Part shown: in pieces, positions 1-10,148 of the stretch
How the letters are laid out: each line of letters starts with the position of its first letter
How positions within the stretch are numbered: the first letter of the stretch is position 1
From: Brevundimonas sp.
Lineage (GTDB): Bacteria > Pseudomonadota > Alphaproteobacteria > Caulobacterales > Caulobacteraceae
Direction: 5' to 3'
DNA length: 64,000 nucleotides
Assembly (NCBI RefSeq): GCF_016742135.1
Contig: NZ_JACVCG010000005.1
Span: 122,924 to 186,923 of the forward strand
Notes under the pieces: model-generated
What the model was told of the DNA's origin: nothing
Database searches by the model: none
The model's input: the letters and a program-made list of their open reading frames with translations, nothing else
Position numbers and translations under genes: made by a program

Positions 1-270
1 AAGACGTCACCGCTGGATGCCGAGGCCCAGAAGCGCTGGCACGCCTATTCCGAGGCCCGTGACACCATGCTGCTGCGCAGCCATACGCCCCATGCGCCGT
101 GGCTGATCGTCGCCACCGACGACAAGAAGCAGGCCCGGCTGAACGTCATGCGCCATCTGGTCGAGCGCCTGGGGGTGCACGGCCTCAGTGTCTCGACGCG
201 TCCGGTTGATCCCGCCATTGCCTTCCCGTTCGAGCCCGAGTCCCTGAAGGACGGCCGCATGGCGCGGTAA
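1..270 (+). CDS. ppk2: polyphosphate kinase 2 family protein, C-terminal fragment (5' end outside window)
   Basis: Frame 1 is open from nt 1. The tail HTPHAPWLIVATDDKKQARLNVMRHLVERL resembles the conserved PPK2 C-terminus. Confidence 0.7.
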   Translation, partial: KTSPLDAEAQKRWHAYSEARDTMLLRSHTPHAPWLIVATDDKKQARLNVMRHLVERLGVHGLSVSTRPVDPAIAFPFEPESLKDGRMAR

Positions 271-319
271 GGCGAGATTACCCGCAGGTGGTCCGTACAC
301 TCTGCACGGGACGAAACAG

Positions 320-961
320 CTAGGGCGCGACCTCGGCGGCGGTCATGGCCCAGGCGCGGAGCTCGGGAATGCCCCAGCCCTTTTCCGACGACGTCAGCGC
401 CACCTCGGGATAGGCGGCGGGGCGTTTGGAAATGGCCTTCAGGGTTTCAGCGACGCGCTTCTCCCCCTCGCCCGCCTTCAGCTTGTCGGCCTTGGTCAGA
501 ACGATCTGATAGGAGACGGCGGCGAGATCCAGGGCGTCGAGGGCCTCGGAGTCGACCGCCTTCAGCCCGTGGCGCGCATCGATCAGCAGATAGACCCGTT
601 TCAGCGTCACCCGCCCCCGGAGGTAGTCGCGGCCGAGGTTCTGGAATCGCTTGACCTCGCCCCTGGACGCCTTGGCCCATCCATAGCCCGGCAGGTCGAC
701 CAGACGCATGCGTCCATCCAGGTCGAAGAAGTTGACCTCGCGCGTGCGGCCCGGCTCGTTGGAGGCACGGGCCAGACCCTTCATGCCCACCAGGGCGTTG
801 ATCAGGCTGGACTTCCCGACATTGGAGCGCCCGGCAAAGGCGATCTCGGGCCAGTCGGGCGGCGGCAACTGCTCGATCTTCGCACAGCCCATGATGAAGG
901 TGGCGGGCCGTGCGAACAGCACCCGCGCGGCCTCCAGCTCTTCCTCGGTGAAGTCGGTCAC
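320..961 (-). CDS. engB: ribosome biogenesis GTP-binding protein EngB/YihA
   Basis: G1 motif [14 protein letters not shown], then DLPGYG and TKADK. GTG start at 961 overlaps the yidC stop (GTGA). The upstream part of the track ORF is Arg/Pro-rich junk. Confidence 0.9.
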   Translation of the reverse strand: MTDFTEEELEAARVLFARPATFIMGCAKIEQLPPPDWPEIAFAGRSNVGKSSLINALVGMKGLARASNEPGRTREVNFFDLDGRMRLVDLPGYGWAKASRGEVKRFQNLGRDYLRGRVTLKRVYLLIDARHGLKAVDSEALDALDLAAVSYQIVLTKADKLKAGEGEKRVAETLKAISKRPAAYPEVALTSSEKGWGIPELRAWAMTAAEVAP

Positions 962-2775
962 GCGGCCTTCTTCTTGATGTAGCGGTCGATAAAGGTATCG
1001 ATCGGGTTCTCGGCCTTGAAGCGGTGCATGATGATGTACTGCTGGATAATCGACAGGATGTTGTTCCACGCCCAGTAGACCAGCAGGCCGGCCGCGAACG
1101 GCGCCATGATGAAGGTGAAGACGAACGGCAGGAAGGCAAAGATCTTGCGCTGCATCGGATCGGGCGGCGGCGGGTTCATGGCCATCTGCAGCCACATGGT
1201 CAGGCCGTAGAAGATCGTAAGCACGCCGAGGCCCAGGGCCCCGACCAGCAGGCCGCCCAGCAGGGGCAGGCTGCCCGGATCCCACGGGATCAGGCCGAAC
1301 AGGTTCCAGATGTTGGAGGGGTCACGCGCCGACAGATCCTGAATCCATCCGAAGAAGGGCGCGTGGCGCATCTCGATGGTGACGAACAGCACCTTGTAGA
1401 GGGCATAGAAGACCGGGATCTGGATCAGGATCGGAATACAGCCCGCCAGCGGATTGATCTTCTCGCGCTGATACAGGGCCATGGTCTCCTGCTGCTGCTT
1501 CTGGATGTCGCCTTCGTGCTTCTTCTTGATCTCCTCCATCTTCGGCTGGAGCTTGCGCATCTTGGACATGCTCTCATAGGCCTTGTTGGCCAGCGGGAAC
1601 ATGACCAGCTTGACCACCACGGTCAGGGCCAGGATGGCCAGACCGAAATTGCCCAGCACGCCATAGAAGAAGTCGACGATCAGGAAGATCGGGCGGGTCA
1701 GGAAGAACAGGAAGCCCCAGTCGATCGCATAGATGAAGCGCGGCAGGCCCAGTTGCTCCTCATAGCTCTTGAGGATTTCATTACGCTTGGCGCCGGCGAA
1801 CAGGTGACGGGTTTCGGTGATCTGGCGGCCAGGCTGGATGGTCACGGCCTCGCCCAGCATATTGGCCTGCATCGACTTGACGTTGCCCTGGTCGCGGACG
1901 CGGAACTCGGCCTCGATGGCCTCGCCCTGATCGGGGATAAGCGCCGCCAGCCAGAATTTGTCGGTGATGCCCAGCCAGCCGCCGGTCGATTCCTTGCGGA
2001 TCGGCGGCTTCTTGGCCCAGTCGTTGTACTTGTGCTGCTCGGTCGTGTAGCCGCCGCCCTTGCCGAAGGTGCCGATGGCACCCTCGTGCGAGATCATCTC
2101 GCGGCCCAGCGTCGGCGGCACACCCTGACGGCGGACCGAGCCATAGGGCGCGACCGTGATCGGCTGGGCGCTGAAGTTGGCGACCGTGTCGGTGACGGTG
2201 AACAGATACTGCTCGTCCACCGAAATGACGCGGGTAAAGCGCAGGCCCTGGCCGTTGTCCCAGGTCAGGGTGACGGGGGTCGAGGGCGTCAGGGTTTCGC
2301 CCGAGGTCAGCCGCCAGGGTGTGTCCAGCCCCGGAACGCCGCCGGCGACATTGGTGCCCAGCCAGCCGAACTGGGCGAAATAGGCATATTCCATGCCCTG
2401 CGGCCGGAACAGTTCCACGGGCTGGTCCGAGCCCAGCGTCTGGTCATAGCCCAGCAGGAACAGGTCATCGATCTTGCCGCCCTCGAGCGACAGGGACCCC
2501 CTCAGGGTGTCGGTTTCGATGGCTACCCGGCTGGCGGTGCCGAGAGCGGCCTGGCGGTCGGTGATGAAGACGGGCGGGGTCGCCGGAATGTCGGCGGAAT
2601 CGGTCGGCAGGGCCACGCCCGGCTGGCTCTGCGCCGCCGTGGCCTCGCGCTGGGCATCGAGGGCCGCCTTGCGCTGGTCCGCCTGGGGCTGCAGCACAAA
2701 GGCCTGATAGGCGAACAGGAAGATCACCGTGACCACGATGAAGATGATCGTGTTGCGACTGTTTTCGCTGTTCAT
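958..2775 (-). CDS. yidC: membrane protein insertase YidC
   Basis: Start [23 protein letters not shown] at ATG 2775. Large periplasmic domain and conserved C-terminal core ([22 protein letters not shown]). Sits in rpmH-rnpA-yidC-engB synteny. Confidence 0.95.
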   Translation of the reverse strand: MNSENSRNTIIFIVVTVIFLFAYQAFVLQPQADQRKAALDAQREATAAQSQPGVALPTDSADIPATPPVFITDRQAALGTASRVAIETDTLRGSLSLEGGKIDDLFLLGYDQTLGSDQPVELFRPQGMEYAYFAQFGWLGTNVAGGVPGLDTPWRLTSGETLTPSTPVTLTWDNGQGLRFTRVISVDEQYLFTVTDTVANFSAQPITVAPYGSVRRQGVPPTLGREMISHEGAIGTFGKGGGYTTEQHKYNDWAKKPPIRKESTGGWLGITDKFWLAALIPDQGEAIEAEFRVRDQGNVKSMQANMLGEAVTIQPGRQITETRHLFAGAKRNEILKSYEEQLGLPRFIYAIDWGFLFFLTRPIFLIVDFFYGVLGNFGLAILALTVVVKLVMFPLANKAYESMSKMRKLQPKMEEIKKKHEGDIQKQQQETMALYQREKINPLAGCIPILIQIPVFYALYKVLFVTIEMRHAPFFGWIQDLSARDPSNIWNLFGLIPWDPGSLPLLGGLLVGALGLGVLTIFYGLTMWLQMAMNPPPPDPMQRKIFAFLPFVFTFIMAPFAAGLLVYWAWNNILSIIQQYIIMHRFKAENPIDTFIDRYIKKKAA

Positions 2776-2809
2776 GAATCGGCGGTCCTGGCCAGGTGTG
2801 GCGAAGCGT

Positions 2810-3205
2810 TCAGGGCGCGGTCGAGGCCGACGGCCCGTCGGGCGCATCCGGCCGCGGCGGGCGCGGGGTCGCGAGCCTTGTAAGGGCCCATTTCACATCG
2901 TCAAGCAAACGTGGCCAAGCGCGGTCGACCGTGCCCATGCGCGCGATCAGCACATAGTCGGATCCGGGCCGTCCAAGTTCGGGAATCAGCAGGCGCGCGA
3001 CCTCTCGCAGACGGCGTTTGGCCCGGTTGCGGATCACCGCCCCGCCAATCTTGCGCGTGGCTGTAAAGCCGACTCCGATCCGGGGGTCGCCATCGCCCCG
3101 GTCGCGCCGCTGGATAACGACACCGCCCCGGGCTTCGGACATGCCTTTCGCGGCCGCCAGAAACTGGGGCCGCGAAACAAGACGTTCAATGCGGGTCATG
3201 GCCAC
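2810..3205 (-). CDS. rnpA: ribonuclease P protein component
   Basis: Basic protein with FTATRKIGGAVIRNRAKRRLRE (RNR motif), directly downstream of rpmH. GTG at 3205 or ATG at 3199. Confidence 0.85.
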   Translation of the reverse strand: MAMTRIERLVSRPQFLAAAKGMSEARGGVVIQRRDRGDGDPRIGVGFTATRKIGGAVIRNRAKRRLREVARLLIPELGRPGSDYVLIARMGTVDRAWPRLLDDVKWALTRLATPRPPRPDAPDGPSASTAP

Positions 3206-3236
3206 ACGGTCTCTCCGGACGGAGAGACCCGACGCA

Positions 3237-3383
3237 TCAGGCGGTCAGGCGCTTGCGGCCCTTGGCGCGACGACGCGCAACGATCTTCTGACCGTTCTTG
3301 GTGGCCATCCGCGAACGGAAGCCGTGACGGCGCTTGCGCACGAGTCGCGACGGCTGATAGGTCCGCTTCACGGTCGGCTCCAT
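3237..3383 (-). CDS. rpmH: 50S ribosomal protein L34
   Basis: Hand translation of the minus strand gives [48 protein letters not shown] (48 aa). It is below the ORF-track length cutoff. Confidence 0.95.
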   Translation of the reverse strand: MEPTVKRTYQPSRLVRKRRHGFRSRMATKNGQKIVARRRAKGRKRLTA

Positions 3384-3508
3384 TTATCTAGCGATGAAGC
3401 GGCGGACAGGAAGGCGTCCACCGCAAGAGGGCGGGCGTATAAGACCCCGGGGCGCGGGTGTCAACGCCGTCGGCGTGCCGCCTGGCCCCAGAATGAGACC
3501 GTGAAGCC

Positions 3509-4321
3509 ATGACCGAGCCCCCGACCCCCGCTGATCCCGAGCCCGACGCCGAGCCTTCCAGCCCGAGCAAGGGGCATGCGCCCCGGTCGCTGAAGGACTG
3601 GATCCTGCGCCTGTCGCCGATCCTGGCGCTGGCCGGCCTGGTCATCCTGGCCTTTGCCATGGGCTGGAACAAATATCTGTCGATGGAGATGCTGCGCGAG
3701 CACGGGCTGAATCTTCAGGCCTTCGCCGCCGAGCGGTTCCTGCTGGCGCTGGTGATCTTCATCGCCGTCTATGCCCTGGCGACCGCCAGCACCATTCCGG
3801 GCCCGGTGTTCCTGACGCTTCTGGGCGGGATGATGTTCGGGCCTCTGGTCGGGGCCCTCGCCCAGGCGACCGGCGCGACGCTGGGCTCGATCGCCATCTA
3901 TATGCTGTACCGCAGTGCCATCGGCACCTGGCTGCGCGCCAAGTTCGAGGCGGACGCCGGGATGATGCACCGGATCGCCACCGGCATCGACCGCAATGCC
4001 TTCGTCACCCTGTTGACCCTGCGGCTGATCCCGAGCGTGCCGTTCGTGCTGATCAATGCCACGGCGGGCATGGTCGCCGCTCCGCTCCGCCCCTATATCG
4101 CCGCGACCTTTCTGGGCCTGCTGCCCTCGACCTACATCTACACCTGGATCGGCTGGGGGCTGGGCGACCTTTTGCGGCAGGGGGTGCAGCCGGACCTGAA
4201 CATGCTGGTCTCGAAATTCTTCTGGCCGCTGATGGGGGTGGCCTTCCTGTCGATCCTGTTGCCGCTGATGATCAAGGGCGGACAGGCGTGGTACAAGCGC
4301 CGTCGGAAGAGGATGGCATGA
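3509..4321 (+). CDS. TVP38/TMEM64 (DedA-related) family inner membrane protein
   Basis: Multi-pass membrane protein. The LRLIPSVPFVLINATAGM region is typical of the SNARE-associated/TVP38 family. Confidence 0.7.
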   Translation: MTEPPTPADPEPDAEPSSPSKGHAPRSLKDWILRLSPILALAGLVILAFAMGWNKYLSMEMLREHGLNLQAFAAERFLLALVIFIAVYALATASTIPGPVFLTLLGGMMFGPLVGALAQATGATLGSIAIYMLYRSAIGTWLRAKFEADAGMMHRIATGIDRNAFVTLLTLRLIPSVPFVLINATAGMVAAPLRPYIAATFLGLLPSTYIYTWIGWGLGDLLRQGVQPDLNMLVSKFFWPLMGVAFLSILLPLMIKGGQAWYKRRRKRMA

Positions 4322-5802
4322 CGGCGGCCACGGACCGGGTCTATCGCTGGGCGGTAAAGCCCCTGACGGCCTTGAAGGCGCGCGCCGGCGCGCCCGCCAC
4401 GTCCCGCGTCGGCCCCCGCATCTTCTCGGGTCTGGCCTTTCGCCTGCTGCTGCTGACGGTGATCTTCACCTTCGCCGTCGGTGCCCTGATCATCGTCCCC
4501 AATGCCGCGAGCTTTCATGAGCGCTGGCTGCGCGACCGGCTGCAGGCGGCCGAGCTGGCCTCCACGGCGGTCGAGGCTCTGCCCTACAGTATGGTGGACG
4601 ATGAGGTGGCCGAGCAGCTGATGACCATCGGCGGGGTGCAGGCCGTGGTGGTCGGCGATCAGGGCGTGCGCCGCCTGTTGCTGCAGGCCCCCAATCTGCC
4701 GCGCGCGCCCGATGTCATCGACCTGAGGGGCCGGGATGCCTGGACCCGGGTGGTCGAGCCCTGGCGGACCCTGTTCGGCCACCCCGACCGATCGATCCGG
4801 GTGCAGGCCCGGCCCAGCTATCGCTCGGGCGACTATGTGGAGATCCTGACCCCGGCCGAACCCCTCAAACAGGAGCTGCGCGCCACGCTGGTGAACAGCC
4901 TGCTCACCGCCGTTCTGGTCGCGGGGCTGGCGGGTCTGATGCTGTATGCCGCGCTGGCGGTGCTGGTGCTGCGACCGCTCAACCGGGTGACGCGCTCGAT
5001 CGAGCGGTTCGCGGGTGATCCCGAGTCGGACCCGGAGCCCCCGTCCGACCGGCGTGACGAAATCGGTCAGGTCGAGCGCGAACTGGCGCGCATGCAGGGC
5101 GAGGTCCGGCTGGCCCTGCGCTCCCGCGCCCGGCTGGCGGCGCTCGGCGAGGCGGTGGCCAAGATCAATCACGACCTGAGAAACATGCTGAGCGCCGCCC
5201 AGATCGCCTCGGACCGGATGGCGGATTCCGCGGACCCCACGGTGGCCCGGGCCCTGCCCCGGCTGGAGCGGGCGCTCGGCCGGGCCACGGCCCTGACCCG
5301 CAATGTGCTGGACTACGGCAAGACCGAGGAGCCCGAGCCCCAGCTGCGCCGCGTGCCGCTGGGCGCGGCCGTTACCGCCGCCGCCCAGGACGCCGGCCTG
5401 GAGCACAGCCGGATCAAGCTGGTGCGCGCCCTGCCCGCCCGGCTGGCGGTGACCGCCGACCCGGATCAGCTGCATCGCATCCTGGTCAATCTGATGCGGA
5501 ATGCCCGTCAGGCGCTGAGCGACACGCCCGAGGCCGTCAGCGGCACCCGCCCGCCGCGCCTGAGGGTCGCCGCCGAGGTGCGGGGCACCCGAGTCCATGT
5601 CCGGCTGGAGGACAATGGCCCGGGCATCCCCCCGCGCATCGAAGAACAATTGTTCAAGGCCTTTGTCTCGGGCGCCGGGCGCGAGGGCTCGGGTCTGGGC
5701 CTGACCATTTCCCGCGAGCTGGCCGAGGCCCAGGGTGGCACGCTGCGGCTGGTCTCGACCGGCCCGCAGGGGACGATCTTCGAACTGGTGCTGAACGCCT
5801 GA
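4318..5802 (+). CDS. membrane sensor histidine kinase (orphan, no adjacent response regulator)
   Basis: Two TM segments plus HAMP-like linker. H-box AKINHDLRNMLSAA, N-box LVNLMRNARQAL, G-boxes DNGPGIP and GSGLGL. ATG 4318 overlaps the upstream stop (ATGA). Confidence 0.85.
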   Translation: MTAATDRVYRWAVKPLTALKARAGAPATSRVGPRIFSGLAFRLLLLTVIFTFAVGALIIVPNAASFHERWLRDRLQAAELASTAVEALPYSMVDDEVAEQLMTIGGVQAVVVGDQGVRRLLLQAPNLPRAPDVIDLRGRDAWTRVVEPWRTLFGHPDRSIRVQARPSYRSGDYVEILTPAEPLKQELRATLVNSLLTAVLVAGLAGLMLYAALAVLVLRPLNRVTRSIERFAGDPESDPEPPSDRRDEIGQVERELARMQGEVRLALRSRARLAALGEAVAKINHDLRNMLSAAQIASDRMADSADPTVARALPRLERALGRATALTRNVLDYGKTEEPEPQLRRVPLGAAVTAAAQDAGLEHSRIKLVRALPARLAVTADPDQLHRILVNLMRNARQALSDTPEAVSGTRPPRLRVAAEVRGTRVHVRLEDNGPGIPPRIEEQLFKAFVSGAGREGSGLGLTISRELAEAQGGTLRLVSTGPQGTIFELVLNA

Positions 5803-5872
5803 GTCCCCATGAGGAAACTTTCAAAGGCTTGACCGTTTCGCATGGGGTATGTGTGTTCCTTCGGAGGATCCC

Positions 5873-6262
5873 ATGATTTCACTTGTGACCGTTTCCACTG
5901 TCCTTCTGCTGGGCGGCCCCCTGATGCAGGACCCGCCCCGGCAACCCGCGCAGGACCCTGTCGTGCAGCAGGATTCCGGCGATGACGAAACCCACCGCCT
6001 GAACGCCCGGGTCCTGACCCGGCTGGAGGGTGCCAATGCCGTCGAGGCCCAGGGCCGCGCCGCCTATGAGGCCGCCGTCGCCGAGCGCGAAGCCCGGATC
6101 GCCGAGATCGAGGCCGAAGCCGCCCGCGAGCGGGCCGCCTATGAAACCCGCATGGCCGAGCACCGCGCCGAGGTGGCCGCCGCCGAGGCCCGTCAGGCCC
6201 GCTGGCGCGACCAGGTCGCGGCCTGCCAGCGGGGCGTCCGCGCCGCCTGCGCCGGGAACTGA
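5873..6262 (+). CDS. hypothetical exported protein with Ala/Glu/Arg-rich coiled-coil segment
   Basis: GGAGGA Shine-Dalgarno 5 nt before ATG 5873. Hydrophobic N-terminus MISLVTVSTVLLLGG. No recognisable domain. Confidence 0.45.
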   Translation: MISLVTVSTVLLLGGPLMQDPPRQPAQDPVVQQDSGDDETHRLNARVLTRLEGANAVEAQGRAAYEAAVAEREARIAEIEAEAARERAAYETRMAEHRAEVAAAEARQARWRDQVAACQRGVRAACAGN

Positions 6263-6327
6263 CACGGCCATTGATGCCGCTGTGAAGCCGTGACAGCCTC
6301 CGCCTTCGGACGGCTGGGGGACACAGA

Positions 6328-7923
6328 ATGGTATTTCGAGGCGGACCCTGGACCTCGCGCCGTGGCGTGCTGATCGGCGCGGGACTGGCCGCCGCATGGC
6401 CCGGCAGGGGGACCGCCGGCGCGGGTGATCCCGCGCTGGTTCAGACCCGGTATGGTCCCGTGCGCGGCTTCACCGATCAGGATGTGCGCGTCTTCCTCGG
6501 CATACCCTACGGGGCGGACACCGGCCCCCGGCGGTTTGCCCCGCCCGCCCCGCCCGCGTCGTGGACGGCACCGTTCGAGGCCACCGTCTATGGTCCGTCT
6601 GCCCCCCAACGGGCCGAGGCAGGGGCGACGTCCGAGGACTGCCTGCGCCTGAATGTCTGGACACCGGCGCGCGTCGACGAGCCGCGCCCGGTCATCGTCT
6701 ATATCCACGGCGGCGCCTATGCGACCGGCTCGGGCTCCAGCCCCCTGACCGACGGGGCGCGGCTCGCCCGGCGGCACGGGCTGGTGGTGGTGACGCTGAA
6801 CCACCGGCTGAATGCGCTGGGCTATGCCTATCTGGCGCGACTGGCGGCGGGCCAGGGGATCACCGGCTTCGAGGACAGCGGCAATCTGGGCCAGCTGGAT
6901 CTGGTGCTGGCGCTGGAGTGGGTGCGCGACAGTATCGCGGCCTTCGGCGGCGACCCGTCCCGCGTGACCCTGATCGGGCAGTCGGGCGGCGGGGCCAAGA
7001 TCGCGACCCTGATGGCCATGCCGCAGGCGCGCGGCCTGTTTCACCGCGTCATGACCATGAGCGGCCAGCAGGTGACCGCGTCGGGCCCGCTGAACGCCAC
7101 GCGCCGGGCCGAGGTGTGGCTGGATGCGCTGGGCCTTGCGCCGGACCGGATCGGCCAGCTGCGCACCCTGCCCGTCGAACGGCTGATCGAGGCCACCCGG
7201 GCCGAGGACCCCATTCTGGGCGGCAGTCTCTATTTCGGTCCGGTGCTGGACGAGCGGGTGCTGATGCGCCACCCCTTCTATCCGGATGCCCCCGCCCTGT
7301 CGGCCGACATTCCGATGATCATCGGCAATACCCGCGAAGAGACGCTGGCCTTCCTCGGCAACGATCCCGCCAATGCCAATCTGACGTGGGACAGCCTGCC
7401 CGCGCGGCTGACGCCTGCCCAGTTGCGGATCGACGTGGCACCCGAGGCCGTAATCGCCTTTTACCGCGACCTCTATCCGCAGATGTCGCCCGATGAGGTG
7501 CTGATCCGGGCCACGACCGCGGGCCGGTCCTGGCGCGCGGCGGTGATCGAGGCCGAGGAGCGCGCGCGGCAGGGCAGTCCGGCCCGGGTCTATCAGCTGG
7601 ACTGGCCCGCCCGCCTGCCGAACGGCCGGACCGGGGCGTTTCACACCTCGGACATTCCGCTGGTGTTCGACACCCTGTCCGCCGAGGGCTCGGGGGCCAT
7701 CGGATCCGAGGCACAGGACATGGCCGACCGGATGAGCGGCTTCGTCGCCCGCTATGCCGCGACCGGTGACCCCAATGGCGCGGACCTGCCGGACTGGACC
7801 CCCTATTCGCTGGCGCGTCGCGAGACACTGGTGCTCGACCGGCCACCGCGCATGGAGAACGACCCGCGCGGGGCCGAACGGGCGTGGTTTGCGCGGATTC
7901 CCTACATCCAGCCGGGAACCTGA
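6328..7923 (+). CDS. carboxylesterase/lipase family (type B) protein, Tat-type signal
   Basis: EDCLRLNVWTP, YIHGGAY and nucleophile elbow GQSGGG. N-terminal SRRGVLIGAGLAAA resembles a twin-arginine signal. Confidence 0.85.
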   Translation: MVFRGGPWTSRRGVLIGAGLAAAWPGRGTAGAGDPALVQTRYGPVRGFTDQDVRVFLGIPYGADTGPRRFAPPAPPASWTAPFEATVYGPSAPQRAEAGATSEDCLRLNVWTPARVDEPRPVIVYIHGGAYATGSGSSPLTDGARLARRHGLVVVTLNHRLNALGYAYLARLAAGQGITGFEDSGNLGQLDLVLALEWVRDSIAAFGGDPSRVTLIGQSGGGAKIATLMAMPQARGLFHRVMTMSGQQVTASGPLNATRRAEVWLDALGLAPDRIGQLRTLPVERLIEATRAEDPILGGSLYFGPVLDERVLMRHPFYPDAPALSADIPMIIGNTREETLAFLGNDPANANLTWDSLPARLTPAQLRIDVAPEAVIAFYRDLYPQMSPDEVLIRATTAGRSWRAAVIEAEERARQGSPARVYQLDWPARLPNGRTGAFHTSDIPLVFDTLSAEGSGAIGSEAQDMADRMSGFVARYAATGDPNGADLPDWTPYSLARRETLVLDRPPRMENDPRGAERAWFARIPYIQPGT

Positions 7924-7926
7924 CCC

Positions 7927-9267
7927 CTACACCGCCGGGGCGTGGATCGCATCGGCCCGGGCCAGCCAGGCGTCGAAGCGGGTGCAGACCGTGCGGACGA
8001 AGGGGGCGGCGGCCTCTGGGATGCGAAAGCCGTCGTCCGTCCGTTCGATCAGGCCCTCGGCCTCGAGGTCGTCCATGTCGGCCACGATCCCGGCCAGCGA
8101 CCGGGCCCGGTCGCCGAACCGCCGGCGCAGGCCGGCATCCGAATAGGTCAGATCGCACATCAGCCGCTCGATCACATGGGCCCGCAGGCGGTCGTCGTCG
8201 CTCAGCGCCACACCCCGCGCGGTCGCCCGTCCGCCTGCGGCGATCCGTGCCCGATAGTCGGCGACCCCGGTGGCATTCTGGGCATAGCCCTGCGGGAACC
8301 GGCTGATGGCCGAGGCGCCGAGGCCGATCAGGGCATCGGCGCGGTCCGTCGTATAGCCCTGAAAATTCCGCTGCGCCGGGGCCTGCGCCAGGGGATCGTC
8401 TGGCTGAGCGAAATGGTCCAGTCCGATCCGCACATAGCCTGCGTCCACCAGCCGCCGGGTCGCCAGTTCCGCCAGCCGCAGGCGTGCCTCGAACCCCGGC
8501 AGGGCGGCCTCGGGGATCAGCCGCTGGTGGCGAATGCGCTGGGGCAGATGGGCATAGCCGAAGACCGCCAGCCGATCGGGCCGGAGCGCCAGCGCCTGAT
8601 CCAGCGTATCGGCCAGCCGGGCCTCGGTCTGGTGCGGCAGGCCATAGACCAGATCGATGTTCAGCGCCCCTATGCCCGCGCGGCGCAGGTCTTCGACCAC
8701 CGCCCGGGTCGTCTCGAACGATTGCCGCCGGTTGATGGCGGCCTGGACCTCGGGACTGAAGTCCTGAACGCCGATCGAGACGCGGTTGACCCCTGCCCGG
8801 GCGAGCGCTTCGGCCCGCGCCGCATCCATGAAGCGCGGGTCGATCTCGACCGCGAATTCGGCCTCGGGGTCGAGGGTGAACCGGTCCCGCAGTCCCCCGG
8901 CGAGCCCCAGTATCTGGTCCGGCTGAAGGCTGTTGGGCGAGCCTCCGCCCCAGTGCAGATGCGTCACCCGCCGTCGCGGCCCCAGCCGGTCGGCCACCGC
9001 CCCGATCTCGGCCTCCAGAGCCTCGAGATAGCCCGCGATCGGCCCCGGCGTGTTCACCACCGTGGTCGCGCAGCCGCAGTACCAGCACAGGGCCCCACAG
9101 AAGGGGATATGCACATACAGCGACAGGGCCGCCGTCTCGGGCAGGGCAGCGATCCACGCGCCGCTCTCGTCCGGACCGACCGCGCTGCTGAAATGCACCG
9201 CCGTGGGATAGCTGGTGTAGCGCGGCGTCGGGGCCCGCAGGCGATCAGGGGAAGGAACACGGATCAT
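7927..9267 (-). CDS. hemN: oxygen-independent coproporphyrinogen III oxidase (radical SAM)
   Basis: YVHIPFCGALCWYCGC radical-SAM cysteine motif and HemN-like length and C-terminal domain. Confidence 0.9.
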   Translation of the reverse strand: MIRVPSPDRLRAPTPRYTSYPTAVHFSSAVGPDESGAWIAALPETAALSLYVHIPFCGALCWYCGCATTVVNTPGPIAGYLEALEAEIGAVADRLGPRRRVTHLHWGGGSPNSLQPDQILGLAGGLRDRFTLDPEAEFAVEIDPRFMDAARAEALARAGVNRVSIGVQDFSPEVQAAINRRQSFETTRAVVEDLRRAGIGALNIDLVYGLPHQTEARLADTLDQALALRPDRLAVFGYAHLPQRIRHQRLIPEAALPGFEARLRLAELATRRLVDAGYVRIGLDHFAQPDDPLAQAPAQRNFQGYTTDRADALIGLGASAISRFPQGYAQNATGVADYRARIAAGGRATARGVALSDDDRLRAHVIERLMCDLTYSDAGLRRRFGDRARSLAGIVADMDDLEAEGLIERTDDGFRIPEAAAPFVRTVCTRFDAWLARADAIHAPAV

Positions 9268-9301
9268 GCCCGGGCGATGCGCCGTCCCCGTCTGTCACGC
9301 A

Positions 9302-9315
9302 TTGAGATGGATCAA
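9302..9315 (-). promoter_or_regulatory. FNR/FixK-type box TTGAGATGGATCAA (TTGA-N6-TCAA)
   Basis: Perfect TTGA-N6-TCAA palindrome centred at 9308.5, which is 41.5 nt upstream of the A of the hemN ATG (9267). Confidence 0.55.
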
Positions 9316-9408
9316 GTCCTGCGCGCGAGGATCTGCCTCAGCGGCATATGCCCAAGCTGAAACCCTTCGCCCGCTGGGGGTTTCCTCTTCCCGAGAGGAG
9401 ACTTTGCC

Positions 9409-9714
9409 ATGCCCAGAGGCGACAAGTCCGCCTATACGGACAAGCAGGAACGCAAGGCCGACCACATCGCGGCCGGATACAAGGAACGCGGTGTTTCCGC
9501 CAAGGAGGCTGAGCGCCGCGCCTGGGCCACCGTCAACAAGGATGACGGCGGCGGCAACAGGAGCGGCTCCGGGCGGGGTAAGCACACCGGCAATCCCGCC
9601 GCCCATAAGGGCGGTCGCAAGGGGGGTGCCGCGTCCGCCAGCCGCTCCAGGGCGGATCGGTCCGCCGCGGCGAAGAAGGGTTGGGAGACGCGCCGCCGCA
9701 AGGCCGCGCACTGA
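9409..9714 (+). CDS. small basic Gly/Lys/Arg-rich protein (KGG-like stress-protein features)
   Basis: GAGAGGAGA SD upstream. MPRGDKSAYTDKQERKADHIAAGY...HKGGRKGG. I recall similar small proteins in alphaproteobacteria but cannot name a family with certainty. Confidence 0.6.
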   Translation: MPRGDKSAYTDKQERKADHIAAGYKERGVSAKEAERRAWATVNKDDGGGNRSGSGRGKHTGNPAAHKGGRKGGAASASRSRADRSAAAKKGWETRRRKAAH

Positions 9715-9719
9715 CCCCC

Positions 9720-9923
9720 ATGGATCGCAAACAGAGCCAGGGCCGCAAGGACAACGGAGCAACGCCGGGCGGCAAGCCTGACGCGACCACGTCGGACGCG
9801 GCCGTGAAACGCACCGGTGAACGATCGAGACACAGCGCCGGACCGGATGGCCCGGACGCCACCGAAGTGGGGGACACCTTCAAGCACCCGCCACGGGGCG
9901 AACAGGCCAGGAGCAAGCCATGA
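9720..9923 (+). CDS. hypothetical small basic protein
   Basis: ATG lies 5 nt after the preceding stop. Its stop overlaps the next ATG (ATGA at 9920-9923). Confidence 0.35.
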   Translation: MDRKQSQGRKDNGATPGGKPDATTSDAAVKRTGERSRHSAGPDGPDATEVGDTFKHPPRGEQARSKP

Positions 9924-10141
9924 CCATGAGAATTTACCGCGTTACCGTCGGGAATCCCGACGGAGGGGCGCGCCGCGAGTTGAAGGTTCCCTCAAAGACC
10001 GACGTTCAGGCGAGCGACGCCGCCGTGGGCCTGATGAAACCGGGCGAAGCCATTCTGGACGTCATGGAAATCGATGACCCCTATCAGCAGGTGGACGGCC
10101 CGCCCCCCGGGACCCAGACCCATCCGGACCGGATCACCTAG
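9920..10141 (+). CDS. hypothetical small protein
   Basis: ATGA-coupled to the upstream ORF. MTMRIYRVTVGNPDGG... has no known domain. Confidence 0.4.
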   Translation: MTMRIYRVTVGNPDGGARRELKVPSKTDVQASDAAVGLMKPGEAILDVMEIDDPYQQVDGPPPGTQTHPDRIT

Positions 10142-10148
10142 ACCCGGC

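Noticed and set aside
2776-2809. Expected yidD (membrane protein insertion efficiency factor) between rnpA and yidC.
   Set aside because: The gap is only 34 nt, and no frame in the region encodes the CRF-x-PTCS motif. The gene is apparently located elsewhere or absent.
1024-2883. 619-aa ORF on the plus strand opposite yidC. Similar long shadow ORFs occur at 6193-7644(-), 7319-9157(-), 7942-9360(+), 10497-12311(-), 13457-15364(+), 22478-25042(-), 32057-33676(+), 42285-43664(+), 45057-46781(-), 49264-50616(+) and 50583-52151(+).
   Set aside because: Their products are Arg/Gly/Pro/Ala/His-rich low-complexity sequences with no motifs. In each case the opposite strand or another frame encodes a protein with clear family signatures. 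Long antisense ORFs are expected at this GC content.
9359-9383. EcfG/SigT-type promoter GAAAC-N15-GGTT upstream of the small-ORF cluster.
   Set aside because: It matches the consensus only partially (4/5 and 3/4) and the spacer is one nt short. I mention it in a finding but do not call it a feature.
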